NCBI GenBank assembly: GCA_951406725.2
Contig: OX597821.1
Span: 124,001-188,000, forward strand
DNA: 64,000 nt
Direction of reading: 5' to 3'
Origin: Octopus vulgaris
Taxonomy: Eukaryota
The notes under the pieces were generated by a model that was not told the origin of the DNA, did no database searches, and was given only the letters and a program-made list of their open reading frames with translations. Position numbers and translations under genes: made by a program. Of the stretch, positions 11,690 to 24,105 are shown in pieces. Numbering within the stretch: the first letter of the stretch is position 1; each line of letters starts with the position of its first letter.

Positions 11690-12392
11690 GGGCACGTAAC
11701 AAACACCATCCGATCGTGGCCGTTCGCCAGCCTCATCTGGCACCTGTGTCGGTGGCACATAAAAACACCATCCGAAGACCCGGCAAGACTAGTCAGGCCA
11801 TAACCCGTGGCCCCTACCTGGGACGTAGTCAGTCCACCTGTGCATACCTTCCTTCTTGTGACACTTGTGAAGACCTGTTGAGGCAAGTGAAAATCAAAAC
11901 AAATCAAAATAGATGAACATCAATGGAATTTGTATCTTTGTGGTACCAGTGCCGGTGGCACACAAGACAATCATCCGAACGTGGCCGTAGCCAGTACCGC
12001 ATAGACTGGCCTCCGTGCTTTGGGGACGTAACAAACACCATCCGATCGTGGCCGTCCGCCAGCCTCATCTGGCACCTGTGTCGGTGGCACATAAAAACAC
12101 CATCCGAGCATGGCCGTCTGCCAGCCTCGTCTGGCACCTGTGTCGGTGGCACATAAAAACACCATCCGAGCGTGGCCGTTCGCCAGCCTCGTCTGGCACC
12201 TGTGTCGGTGGCACATAAAATCACCCACTACACTCTCGGAGTGGTTGGCGTTAGGAAGGGCATCCAGCTGTAGAAACACTGCCAGATCTGACGGGCCTGG
12301 TGCAGCCTTCGGGCTCCCCAGACCCCAGTTGAACCGTCCAACCCATGCTAGCATGGAAAACGGACGCTAAATGATGATGATGATGATGATGA
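11690..12392 (+). mobile_element. RTE 3' fragment (same subfamily as 47607-52408)
   Basis: gacccggcaagactagtcaggccataacccgtgg... matches the reverse complement of about 48360-48471; 62-bp UTR repeats; (gat)n tail. Confidence 0.92.
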
Positions 12393-13192
12393 TTGACAAT
12401 TTTTTGTTTCGGCATATTTGGCATTAGAATTTTTCTTACTCCCTGCTTGAGTATACACCTTTGGTATTAACACTTGGGCTTTGTTGCAGTAGAGAGGTGG
12501 CATTAGACAGTAAGTGTACGACTGTGATATTAAGAAAAATGTCAATGACATTTTGTGGGTGGCTAGGAGTGTTGTCTAAAATAAAAATTTGCTCTCATAA
12601 CAGTAGTTTTTTGACTGCTGGAAGAAAGCGATTGAAAAACCAATCTTCAAAATTTATGACTCTCACCCAAACATTGGTGTTTGACATCCATATAACATGT
12701 TTTGGGATATTCCTAGTGCTTTTAGATATCTTGTAAATTATGTATAAATTTAACCTTTAAAGGTATTTTTTGATATGCTGGCCATTGATAAAATTTTTTT
12801 CCCGAAAAAAAAAATTTTATCCTACATTAGTTATATATATATATATATATACATAAAACAACATCAAGTTTGGTAAAGAAAGGGTTATCACATATCTACC
12901 TTGTGATTACAGACAGAGAGACAAAGAATTTTATATATATATAGATTAAGCACATGTATTAAATGTTAATTTAAGGGTTAATATGTAACTGTAAATACCT
13001 TACAATTTTGCAACTTCTATGATAAATAGTAACTGGTAACTGAATGGTAAATGTGCAAAATGAGATGATGTTTGTGTTTTCACATTAGAATTAAAAGTGA
13101 AACAATATTAAAAAGTGAACAAATAAAAGTGAAACAATATATCACATTAAAATATAGATGTTATTTTTTCCCTTTTGACACGTAATACTGAA

Positions 13193-13379
13193 CCAGTCTA
13201 AGAGATTGCTCTGGGCCCACATTAGGCAAGGAGTTGAACATTTTTTTTAGCCTATGACACTCCATGGACCCTGAGTAATACATGTGTAAAATTTGAATAA
13301 AATCAGTTGGGTAGTTCTTGAGTTTTAGTCATGTACACATACAGACAGACACACATTCTCAGTTTTATATATAGAGAGA
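13193..13379 (-). mobile_element. Short non-autonomous Helitron-like element
   Basis: Minus strand begins a|TCtctctatatataaaa followed by a (gtct/gt) tract and ends CTGG|t (CTRR), inserted between A and T. Confidence 0.55.
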
Positions 13380-13380
13380 T

Positions 13381-15140
13381 TGCCAGTGTTTGTTCTCAGA
13401 GGCTAGAATGGAGGCATCTATTTCCTTAGTGGTGTTGCCACATCTGGTCAGGTACTTGCAGAAGGAGGACATGTTGGTGGTGAGATGCTCCTTAATTCAG
13501 ACATGGAGCGGTTGTGTTGTGCTACCAATGTAGTGGTTGTCACAGTTGGAGCATCATATTCAGTATACTTCGCACATATGTAAGCACACGTTAGAGTTGC
13601 GAATGGGACAGTTTGTTAGTGTGCAGGGCTGTTGTACTGCACATGACCACTTCCTTAAAAGGTGTTTGCATAGGGACGGTCCTGAATGGGCCAACCAAAT
13701 GTTGAGTCCTTCCCTGCAGATAGCCTTGTAGACGGCCAAGATGGTCTTCTCATTGCAGTGAGGAATCTTCAGGAAACAAACTTTAGAGAGATTCCTGTGA
13801 TATTTAGCTGGCCTATATTTTTGTATGAAGTTAGAAATGGATGTAGGATATCAGTTGGCCCCAAGTGTCTTTAGGAACTGGGTAACATAAGCATCCCAGC
13901 TGGTGTGGTCACTGCATCTTTTGCATATCTGGGTGATCTTGTTATGTGCATAATTCATCTTGGCCTTGATAGAGAGAGCCAATTTACAGTAGACGAAGAG
14001 GTCCTAGCAAGCGGATTTTCTGTAGAGTACTGTGTCAATTTTCCCCTCATCCGTGATGTTTAGCCAAAAGTCGAGCGAGAAGAGAAAACCATCACTGTTA
14101 GGGTGTTCAATGGTGAAGCTAATATGTTAGTCCATTTTATTGAACTTCTCCAGTTTAGTGGAGACATCTTTTTGGGATGGGGCGAGCACGAGAATGTTGT
14201 CCACAAACCTGGTGAAAAAAGGTATATGCATGGCAGGTGCTGAGTGCCCTATGCTCCAGCCAGTCTAAATAGGCAATAGTGAGCAGGCCCGAGAGGCAGG
14301 ACCCCATTGACAGGCCTGAACCCTTTTTGTAGGTGTTGTCCAAGAAATTGAAGTGTGTTGGTGACTATAACTGATAGTAGCTGGTGAATGTCAGAGGAGG
14401 TAAGTCTGAAGCAGTTTAGGCCCAAGGAGGCAACACATTCTGTGATTGGGTCAATTGTGAGAACCGAGGTGTATAGGGAGACCAGGTCTAAACTGAAAGT
14501 ATACCTGTTGTGTCTGAGCATGTCGGGTTTGAGACAAAGCAGTTGTTAGATGACCTCGTCTGAGCTGTTGACATGACCTGGGAAAGTTGACAGTAGGGGT
14601 TTCAGGATAGGAGCCATGAGATTTTGTAGAATGGTCTCTCTATGCCAGAGACAATGGGTCTGATGTGGAGGTCAGGTCCATGTTTATGCATCTCAATAAG
14701 ATGGTAAAATGTAGGCATTCTATTGTTGCGCATGGTGAAGTTCCTTTTTATCCTTGCTGGGAATTTACGCCGATTACAGATGTTGATCAGGTCTTCTAGT
14801 GTGGTTGCAGTGACCCCAGTGATTCTGGTGTAGATATTGTTAAGGTGCTGGAATGCTAAATTGTCATATGTGTGTGGTATAATGAGATAAAATTCTCTGT
14901 CTTTGTCAGAGGGGAGACATAGACTAGGTTTTCCAACCAGTTTTTTTAAGTGATGATTTGTGTCTTGGAGAGGTTGGGTGGGAAGGAGTTGGCATGTTTG
15001 TCCAGGACTGTTAAGATGGACTGTTTCAACCTAGAGAGTTTGCTGTCCAAAATGTGGTTGGTAGGTGAACCATGTATAATTTCATATCTATAAGATTTTA
15101 CTTTGTCTTTCCAGTCATGATTTATGAGATTCTGTCTCTG
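13381..15140 (-). mobile_element. Degenerate Penelope-like element (RT + GIY-YIG)
   Basis: FSLDLVSLYTSV and GLSMGSCLSGLL RT motifs; CDNHYIGSTTQPL endonuclease motif near 13500-13545; multiple stops. Confidence 0.85.
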
Positions 15141-15369
15141 TAAGAAACTTTAATGACAAATAACAATGAATAGGTCTTTCTTCAAAGTGTATTTATGGAT
15201 TACAAGACTAGAACTCAAAGAGTGATTGTTAATATATGTCACAATAATAATCTTTGTCTCCAGTCTGTATTCAACACTGGATTAAAAATGTAAACTTCAT
15301 ACTGAATGATTCCTCACATATTATCTCACTCTGATATAGTTCTATGTCCAGTCTAAATTCATTTAACAA

Positions 15370-15756
15370 GGTGCAGGCATGACTGCATAGTTGAGAAGTT
15401 TACTTCAAAACCACATGATTTTAGATTCAGTCCCACTGCAGGGCATCTTAGGCAAGTGTTTTTTTTGCTACAGCCACAGGATGACTAAAGCCTTGAGTGG
15501 ATTTGGTAGATGGAAACTATCACACGTGTGTGATAGTTTCTACTCCTATCTTGACATCACATGATGATTATAAACAACCATCAGAGTCACACAAATGGAG
15601 TTGTTTCCAGTCAATGGGAAATGTTACTTTGCTTGGAAACAGGTGAGGGCTGGTGACAGGAAGAGTATCTGGCCACAGAAAATATGCCTCAATGAATTCC
15701 ATCTGATACATGCAAACATAGCAAAGTGTACATTATGATGATGATGATGATGATGA
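15370..15756 (+). mobile_element. tRNA-derived SINE with RTE-like (GAT)n tail
   Basis: Head like 27602 (gattcagtcccactgc..ggcaagtg..ggatttggtagatggaaact); 3' end resembles the RTE tail with (tga)n. Confidence 0.65.
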
Positions 15757-15933
15757 CATTTGTAATTTACAGAAAAGGCTTTCCAAAATATTTTAGTGGA
15801 AGGGTTATTTTTAAATGAGAGTACATTGAGAAAAATGATAATTCCAATTTCCATCATATTTCACCATGATAAATGTTCTCCAATGAGTGTATGTTGGTGG
15901 ACTACAAGTTTAGATTTGTAAGCAAAGTATTTC

Positions 15934-17094
15934 TCACATTTCACAGTTGAAAGGATTCTTTCTAGTGTGTATTCGTTTGTGTGCCTTCAAGTGACTGTTG
16001 GTCTTAAAAGATTTCCCACATATATCACAATGATAAGGTTTCTCTCCTGTGTGGATTCGTTTGTGTTTTGTTAAATCACTATTATTAACAAAAGATTTCC
16101 CACACACTTCACAGCGATATGGTTTTTCTCCAGTGTGACTACGTATGTGAATGGTCAGTTTAGAATTCTCAACAAAAGACTTCCCACATATCTCACAGTG
16201 GAAAGGCTTCTCTCCGGTGTGACTACGGTTGTGAACTACAAGACTGGAATTGACAGAGAATGATTTCCCACACGTTTCACACTGGAATGGTTTTTCTCCT
16301 GTGTGACTACGTTTGTGCTTGGTTAAAACAATGTTGGAGACGAAAGACTTGCCACATATTTCACAGTGGAAGGATTTCTCTCCACTGTGTATTAGTTTGT
16401 GTCTTGTTAAATTACTGTTAGACACAAAACACTTGCCACACACATCGCAATGACACGGTTTCTCTCCAGTGTGACTACTTCTGTGAATAACAAGCTTTGA
16501 ATTATTAACGAACGATTTGCCACAGATTTTACAATAACAGAGGTTTTCTCCACTGTGTATCCTTTTGTGACTTGTTAAATGAATATTGGAAACAAAAGAT
16601 TTCCCACACAATTCACAGCAGAATGGTTTCTCTCCAGTGTGACTACGTATGTGGATAACAAGATTTGAATTATTGGTAAAAGATTTCCCACATATCTGAC
16701 AGTGATATGGTTTTTCTCCAGAGTGTATCACTTTGTGTCTTGTTAAATCACTGTCAGAAACAAAAGATTTCCCACACGCTTCACAGCGGAATGGTTTCTC
16801 TCCTGTGTGACTTCGTATGTGAACAACAAGATGAGAATTTTGAGTGAAGGCTTTCCCACATATCTCACACTGAAATGGCTTTTCTCCGCTGTGGATTCGT
16901 TTGTGCTTTGTTAAATTACTGTTTGAGGCAAAAGATTTCCCACAGATTTCACAGTAAATATTTCTGCTTACCGATGTTTTCTTGTTAAGTGTTTCACTTG
17001 CTAATGGTTTCTCACCATTGAATGTCTGTGTAATTGCGTCTACATTGTTAAAAACAGTTATGGTAGAAGTGTCCAACTCATTAATGTCCTCCAT
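15934..17094 (-). CDS. C2H2 zinc-finger protein, 12 tandem fingers, no KRAB/BTB/SCAN recognised
   Basis: Uninterrupted 386-aa ORF with 12 CxxC-x12-HxxxH repeats and TGEKP/SGEKP linkers; a 3' splice-acceptor-like site (tcttttcttactttgcag) at about 17419-17436 upstream. Confidence 0.93.
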   Translation of the reverse strand: MEDINELDTSTITVFNNVDAITQTFNGEKPLASETLNKKTSVSRNIYCEICGKSFASNSNLTKHKRIHSGEKPFQCEICGKAFTQNSHLVVHIRSHTGEKPFRCEACGKSFVSDSDLTRHKVIHSGEKPYHCQICGKSFTNNSNLVIHIRSHTGEKPFCCELCGKSFVSNIHLTSHKRIHSGENLCYCKICGKSFVNNSKLVIHRSSHTGEKPCHCDVCGKCFVSNSNLTRHKLIHSGEKSFHCEICGKSFVSNIVLTKHKRSHTGEKPFQCETCGKSFSVNSSLVVHNRSHTGEKPFHCEICGKSFVENSKLTIHIRSHTGEKPYRCEVCGKSFVNNSDLTKHKRIHTGEKPYHCDICGKSFKTNSHLKAHKRIHTRKNPFNCEM

Positions 17095-17934
17095 ATTAAT
17101 TCTTGAAGAATTCTTAAAAACTGAGACATGTCGGTGTCTATTATGGCTCAGTTTCTTGTCTTAAATCCCATGGATTTACATTTGTGGAAAATATACAATG
17201 CAGATATATTTTCTACTTACCATTATAATGTTTATTACTGAATGGATCCTCTCCCAGTCAGTATTGTAGACAAAAATGCTTCTGTTTCTACATTAATGAA
17301 TGTGGATATGGCTAATGTATGCAATGTAGACACAGAATCCATAAATGAATGGCAACAACCTTTCTGGAGGAATCCCTGTTCTTCTACAACAGGTTGTAAT
17401 AGTTCAGTGCTAGCACAACTGCAAAGTAAGAAAAGACATGACAGTATAAGATTAGATAAGACTGATGTTGGATAAAAAAAAATGCACGAGTACATGTATA
17501 CAGGAGTTCAATATGCATGTTATAAGTATGCGTGCGTGCACACGCACACATACATACATACAGGAATCCCTTGCTTTATGCAAATAATGCATTCCTGAAA
17601 ATCTGACTGTAACGCAAGATACCATAAAATGGAATTAGTTTGCCTATTGGTTTTCATGTTATCAAGTGAGATTGTGTTCCTAAAGACAATTTTGACAAAA
17701 AAGCACAAGAAAACAACAGGAAACAAGCAACAGAATCACCTTCAAAGATGAAAAATAACAATTTCTAAACTCACACAGTAGAATATAAGTACATACGTAA
17801 AAATCACAAAAACATATCATATGTTAGGGAATTAATAAGAATCATATCATAAGAGTACATCCTTACCCCAAAAGATGTTAACTGCTGTGTGAGGGGTGTA
17901 GGTAGATATTATTTACTATCTTTATCACCAACAT

Positions 17935-19040
17935 CAGCTTAAGAGATGAAGAACTTATCCAAAATTGTTTGTTGTTTATAAAACATCATCTCTTTGTACA
18001 GCTCAGTGAAGGAATAGAGCTCATTATAAACTCCTCTTCTAATTTTTATGTTATATTCACAATTAGGATCATTATCAGCAGAAACTTGCAGATCTTCCTC
18101 TATAAATGCCAATACTTTTAGCAATAATTTTTGTAGTCAATTTTAGAGGTTTAGGAGGAACTTCCATTGTTCCACCTGTATTCTCAGCTTGTTCTTTTTC
18201 TAACAGCACCAGCTCCTTATTAGATAAACTTTCACTCTGTGATACTAGCAACTCAATCACATCATCCTCTGACTTCTTCAAATACTAAATCCTTTGCAAG
18301 TGTCACAATATCTTTCTGAATTTGATGTAGTTTCTCTGCTTGGGGATACAGTCTGGCCTTATATTTTCCTAAGTACTATTCAAAGTTAAAGGTTTCACTT
18401 CATCCCATGAGCTATATTACCCACAGTATCCATTATTTTGAACTTCTTCCCAGAAATCTCTAACTGTAGGTTTACCCTCTCTGTCAATTGCTTTCATAAG
18501 TTGTTTGAAAGTGACCAAGGCTCTTAGTCATTCATGCCTTCTAATTTGAATGCCAAATCAGAAGTAGATTAAGCTTTGTGTAACTCTTGAAAGCCCTTGA
18601 GTTTTTATTGTGACACACAAGTAGGGGTTTTAATTTCATATCACCAACAGCATTTCCTCCTAAAAGAAGTGTGAGACAATTTTTGGAAACTTTAAATCCT
18701 GGTGTTGATTTTTCTTCTTGAGAAATAAAAGTTGTAGCAGGCATGTGCTTTCACAAAAGTGCAGTTTCATCAACATTGTATACTGTTCTAGTGTGTAGCA
18801 CCCTTCAGCATTCATTTTCATCAAATTGCTTGGGATAATTAGTAGCAGCCTCTATGTCAGTACTCACAGTTTCACCAGTCAGTTTTATGTTGTACAAATT
18901 CATGCACTTCTTAAACCATTTAAACCAGCTTTTACAAGCCAAAAAGGAATTTTCCTTAGAAGTTTCACTTTCCTTTTTCTGCAAATATCACAAACTTTTG
19001 ACCTTTTTTGAATTACCATGTTTACTGGCACAATCAACGC
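17935..19040 (-). mobile_element. Tigger/pogo transposase pseudogene
   Basis: NVDET near 18770, FISQEEKSTPGFKVSKNCLTLLLGGNAVGDMKLKPLL, acidic C-terminus; many stops. Confidence 0.85.
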
Positions 19041-19229
19041 AAGCATGTTTGTGATGACTATATAAATTTGTGGATTTTTTCATGCACCATGCTTCTCCAA
19101 GAAAGCTCCTAGTACTGGTGGCCCTAAGTGCCATGCTATTTCTTTGGAGGATACATTGGTGATGATCAAATGCTATGAAAAAAATGAAATGATGGTACTG
19201 ATAGTGCATGCCGATGACTTATGTCAGAC

Positions 19230-20510
19230 AATGATATTTACAATTATTCATGATATGGTAAGGGTTTTAACTTACATCCAAGACATTGCTCCAGAGTTGA
19301 AGAACACCAAAATTACCAATGAAAGAGGCAAAATCATTGGAGAAATGGAGCAGCTTCTTTCCCTGTGGTTTCAATGGCAACTCATTAGTGTATCCTTATA
19401 TGCCAGATGATAATTCAAGAGAGAGCACTTTGTTGAAGTATCCTGAAGGCATGACAAAGAATTTGAAGGCCACTTCAGGATGGTTTAGGCAATTCACTTT
19501 TCTGAATGTTACAGTCCAAGGCAAAAGTGCATCAGTGGACACAGTAGCAGTGGCTAAGTTTCATGCCACTTCAGTGAAGATTATTGCAGACAATGGCTTT
19601 ATTCCTCAGCAAATTTTCGATGTAGATGAAACTAACTTTTCTAGAAAAGAATACCAAACTGGGCCTTCATAGCTAAGTTTATACCTAGTTTTAAGGTCTC
19701 TAAAGATTATGACTCTCATGTCAGAAGCAACTGCTTGTAAGTTAATGCCTTTCTAAATTTATCATGCTGCAAATCCAAAAGCACTAGGAATATCCCAAAA
19801 TATGTTATATGGATGTCAAACACCAATGTTTGGGTGAGAGTCATAAATTTTGAAGATTGGTTTTTCAATCGCTTTCTTCCAGCAGTCAAAAAACTACTGT
19901 TATGAGAGCAAAATGTCAGACATTTTTCTTAATATCACAGTCGTACACTTACTGTCTAATGCCACCTCTCTACTGCAACAAAGCCCAAGTGTTACTACCA
20001 AAGGTGTATACTCAAGCAGGGAGTAGCAGCATCAGAAATGGAGGATGGCACCAAACTCTATATAATTTCTGGAAGATATATGATACTTGCAAAGCATGGA
20101 AGAATGAAACAGAAATGCCATTTGGAAGAAACTGTACCCTCAATTTGTGAATGATTTTAAGGGTATTAACACTTCTGAAGTAAACAAAGAATTGGTGGAA
20201 TTGTCAAAAGAATTGAACATGGATTTGGAGGAGGAGAATCTTGACACTTAATTAATGTTGATATGCACCCACTCATAAAAGAAGAGTTGATGGAGCTTCA
20301 TCAACAGTAATAACAAGATGAGACACAGCAGCTGGGACCAGAACTAAGGCATAAGATGCAGCAAGCTTTTGCATATATGCACTCTGTTAAAATTATAGGG
20401 GCTGTTCATGGTGTTTATGTTCCTTATAGAGTTATCCTGGATGACAAGAAGAAAAAAAAAACATTCAAGGCACTCTAGACAAGTTCTTATTGCACTTTGA
20501 AAGTCAATGG
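19230..20510 (+). mobile_element. Second Tigger/pogo transposase pseudogene
   Basis: EMEQLLSLW, KATSGWF, QQIFDVDET, FEDWFFNRFLPAV; frameshifted. Confidence 0.85.
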
Positions 20511-21004
20511 TCAGAGTTGCAAATGCTTGATGATGAATCAATTCCTTCGACTTGGATGTCAAGGCTTCCCCTCCAGTCTCCACTTCTGGCCAATCAAGCA
20601 CTCTGATGTCACCAATCAGGTAAATGTATTTATTTTCCTTTTATTTTTGGTTCTTTTCCCACCCAAAATATGGTCATAATTTGGCATGCACTTGAAAGAC
20701 AATCCAGAGAGGAGATAAGCTTCTCATTAGATAAGACTTATTTTCTTGTCTTTCTCAGTACAGACACACTCCTAATATTCAGCTTAATATACTCGGAAAA
20801 TAATCTCCGTAATGTCTTTATATAAATTAACGTGATTTGTTGGAAGCTTTATATAGTGTGTTGATTTTTATATGGAAACACACAGCCTAACCAAATATCC
20901 ATCATCCATCTTACCAAGCTGTGGCATTTTTCATTTTATTTCATTTCTCGAGTTAAGTTGCAATTGAAGTTGAGGTATGCCTGTACAGATATTACTTTTA
21001 AATA

Positions 21005-21837
21005 GGGAGCGGGTGGGGCACAATGAGCAGTTTTTACTGTATCTTTGATGTTGAGGCAAAATATATTTTTTACAAATGTCTACAACCTTACAAAAACTAT
21101 ATCAGCTAAGCAAATGGCTTTCCCTGAATGCATTAAAAACATTATAACATAATCTGAACACTAATTCAGAAAATTATCGCCGTTCTCTTTGAGCATATAA
21201 AAAACAAATTTGGCTGAAGTAAAAAGCCAAGATAAGGTAAATTTGCCATTTCAGTTCTCCAGAAAACAGGCTCATACACATCTATATCCATCCCTAGACA
21301 TCCGAAAGATCAGAAAAGCAACATGAAGAGGATCAGGGGGCAATGGCACACGATATGAAATTAACGGAACCCGACATAAAATATTCTCCATAGCTTCTTG
21401 ACGATCATGCAGTTAAAGAGAAATTATTGAAATTAGTCATTACTCATTTTACCTAATTTTAAACATCATGAAAATTATCAAAAATTTACTTGGAATCCAG
21501 TAGAGAAAAGAATATTGATTGTTAAACACCAAAAATTATTCAGATATTTTATTAGCAACCTCAATTAAAATCGGGTTCAAAGTTGAAGAAAAAGTTCTTG
21601 AAAAAAAAAAAAAGGACATGTCACCTGTGTTTCGAACTAACTTCAACAACAACTATGCTGACCAATCTTTACTCTTAAAGATGTTGCAATATTTGCACAG
21701 ATTTTACTGAACACGCCATCAAAACATCTGGGAAGGAGTGAGAGATAAAATATCGATATCGAAAGAATGCTTTGCAATGGTTTCAAACAGGGAGAAAATA
21801 ACGAGAAATCCTAAGTTACTCATTTTGCCCCCCCCCC
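21005..21837. mobile_element. Non-autonomous TIR element (MITE-like)
   Basis: Terminal inverted motifs ggggcacaatgagca / tactcattttgcccc. Confidence 0.45.
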
Positions 21838-22050
21838 TTTTTTTTTATTTTAAGAAATGTTTTCGTTTCTACGATGCCAGGGTAATAACTTCAAAAAAAT
21901 GAGTCTTTGCAGTTATTAAAGGGAAGTCTGTAATAATAACATTGAAGAGATAACTTTTATGCTCGTTCTGTGAACAGTCCAAATAAAGTTAATAGAAAAT
22001 TGAACAACCTGTGTTGTAGTGGTAATCCAAATAATACGTATTTTCGATTT

Positions 22051-22145
22051 GAAGGCAAAGTAAAGAGTGAAGGACCAAGGAAGGCAAAGTAAAGAGTGAA
22101 GGACCAAGGAAGGCAAAGTAAAGAGTGAAGGACCAAGGAAGGCAA
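22051..22145. repeat. 29-bp tandem repeat, about 3.3 copies
   Basis: gaaggcaaagtaaagagtgaaggaccaag repeated exactly. Confidence 0.95.
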
Positions 22146-22479
22146 TTAGTCTTCATTTGGATCCTGAAACATCAACGTTGCTCTGACATTTATGAGATAA
22201 CTACTACACATGATACAATTAACTGAACTCAAAATTATGTTAATCACAAACATTAACGTTTACCTTACGATGTGTTAATTATTACATACGATTATAATTA
22301 AATTAAATTAATTAGTTACTAACATACCAAGTAAACGGTGTCATCGATAACATGTCTCTCACTATAAAGATACCGGTGACATACGATAAAGTCCCTAATA
22401 TAATCGTACTATAATAAGACTCTTGTGTTTTTCTCCGTCGCAACGTATGAATGAGAAAGGAAGGGATGATGGCAAAATA

Positions 22480-23830
22480 TGAATGTATGAATATGTCCAT
22501 ATGTATGTGTACATTCCTGTGTATATGTGCTTGCATGTATTTGTATGCATGCGTAAATGTATGAGTGTGCATGGATGTGTGAGCGCATGTATGCGTATGC
22601 ACACATGTGTATGTATATGTGGATACGTGTATGTATGGGCGCGTGTATGTGCGCGCATATATGTGTGTATGTTTACATATGTGTGGGTTCGTATGGTTAT
22701 ATGTACATACTTTTGTGTATGTATGTATATACTTGTATGTATATGTATGTTTATGTGTGTGTACGCATACATGTATAGGTCTGTGTGTATATATGTGGAT
22801 GTAATACCTTGTGCGTATGTGTGGGTTGATGAATGGATGTATATTGGTATGCATGCAGATGTGTATATATATGTGTCTGAGGAGTGTGTATTTGGGTATA
22901 TGAATGCTTGTATGTGTTGCGTGTATATATGTGTGTGTGTCTAGGTATATATGTTTATATATTTATATGTATATAGGTGCAGGTGTGCCTAGGCGTGTGT
23001 GTATATATGTGTGCTGTTGAATGTATGTATGTGTGTGTGTGTGCTGTTGAATGTATGTATGTGTGTGTGTGTGCTGTTGAATGTATGTATGTGTGTGTGT
23101 GTGCTGTTGAATGTATGTATGTGTGTGTGTGTGCTGGTAAATGTATGTGTGTGTGTGTGTGTGCTGTTGAATGTATGTATGTGTGTGTGTGTGCTGTTGA
23201 ATGTATGTATGTGTGTGTGTGTGCTGTTGTAAATGTATGTGTGTGTATATGAATGCTTATATATGTTGCGTGGGTGTATTTATGTGTGTGTGTATGTCTG
23301 TAAGTATATATATATATATATATGTATAGGTGTGTGTGTGTGTGCTGTTGAATGTATGTGTGTGTGTGTGTGTGCTGTTGAATGTATGTGTGTGTGTGTG
23401 TGTGCTGGTAAATGTATGGGGTATATGAATGCTTATATATGTTGCGTGGGTGTATTTATGTGTGTGTGTATGTCTGTAAGTATATATATATATATATATA
23501 TGTATAGGTGTGAGTGTGTATGTGCTGTTGAATGTGTGTGTGTGTACATATGGATATGTATTTATGTCTATTTAAGAAGTGTGATTGTATGTATGCGGAT
23601 ATGTATATATGTCTATTCAAGTTGGGTGTATGTATGTATACATGTATATATGTATGTGTGTGTGTGTGTGTATGTATGTATTTATATATATGAATATATT
23701 TATGTATATGTATGTATATTTATGTGTGGGTATATGAGTGTATATGTGTATGTGTGTATGTATGAATGTTCATGTCTGTGTATATATGAGTATTTGTATG
23801 TATATTGTATATGTATATGCATATATATAT
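22480..23830. repeat. GT/AT low-complexity tract including a 30-bp minisatellite (about 23011-23250)
   Basis: gtgctgttgaatgtatgtatgtgtgtgtgt units; the ORFs called here are compositional artefacts. Confidence 0.9.
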
Positions 23831-24105
23831 TTACTTATGTACTTCAACCTATATTCGATTAAGGTATTTGTTGTATTTATACAGGTTTATAGGAAACGGG
23901 TGGACTGCATATTTGTTTGTTTAGTTTTAACTACTTATGTGGTCCATCTCGATATTAATGGTTTTGATTTAACATTTATTTAATTAAGAGGATATAATTG
24001 TATTACCTTTGATCAATAATAAATTACCTATTATATATAGGGGTACATAGATATGATAATGGATAACCTTGGATTAATATTGAATAACCATCTTATATCA
24101 GTAAA

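Larger units (their letters stand above)
10797..12835 (+). mobile_element. Non-coding Penelope pLTR/retrozyme-like element: one inverted copy plus tandem 469-bp units, (TA)n-flanked
   Basis: Inverted copy 10797-11090; direct units starting about 11097 and 11566; second unit interrupted by an RTE fragment (11690-12392) and a Tigger segment (12437-12727), resuming to 12835. Confidence 0.8.

Noticed and set aside
21620-21725. Possible first exon of the minus-strand ZNF (GATGGCG and a GT donor)
   Set aside because: Weak donor and located inside a putative MITE; no support from sequence alone.
22051-22145. 29-bp direct repeats of CRISPR-like length
   Set aside because: Contiguous tandem copies with no spacers.
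22312-23983. Long Cys/Val/Tyr/His-rich ORFs
   Set aside because: Translations of GT/AT microsatellite sequence; the same applies to the YI-repeat ORFs at 26.9, 31.1, 34.8, 46.1 and 47.3 kb.
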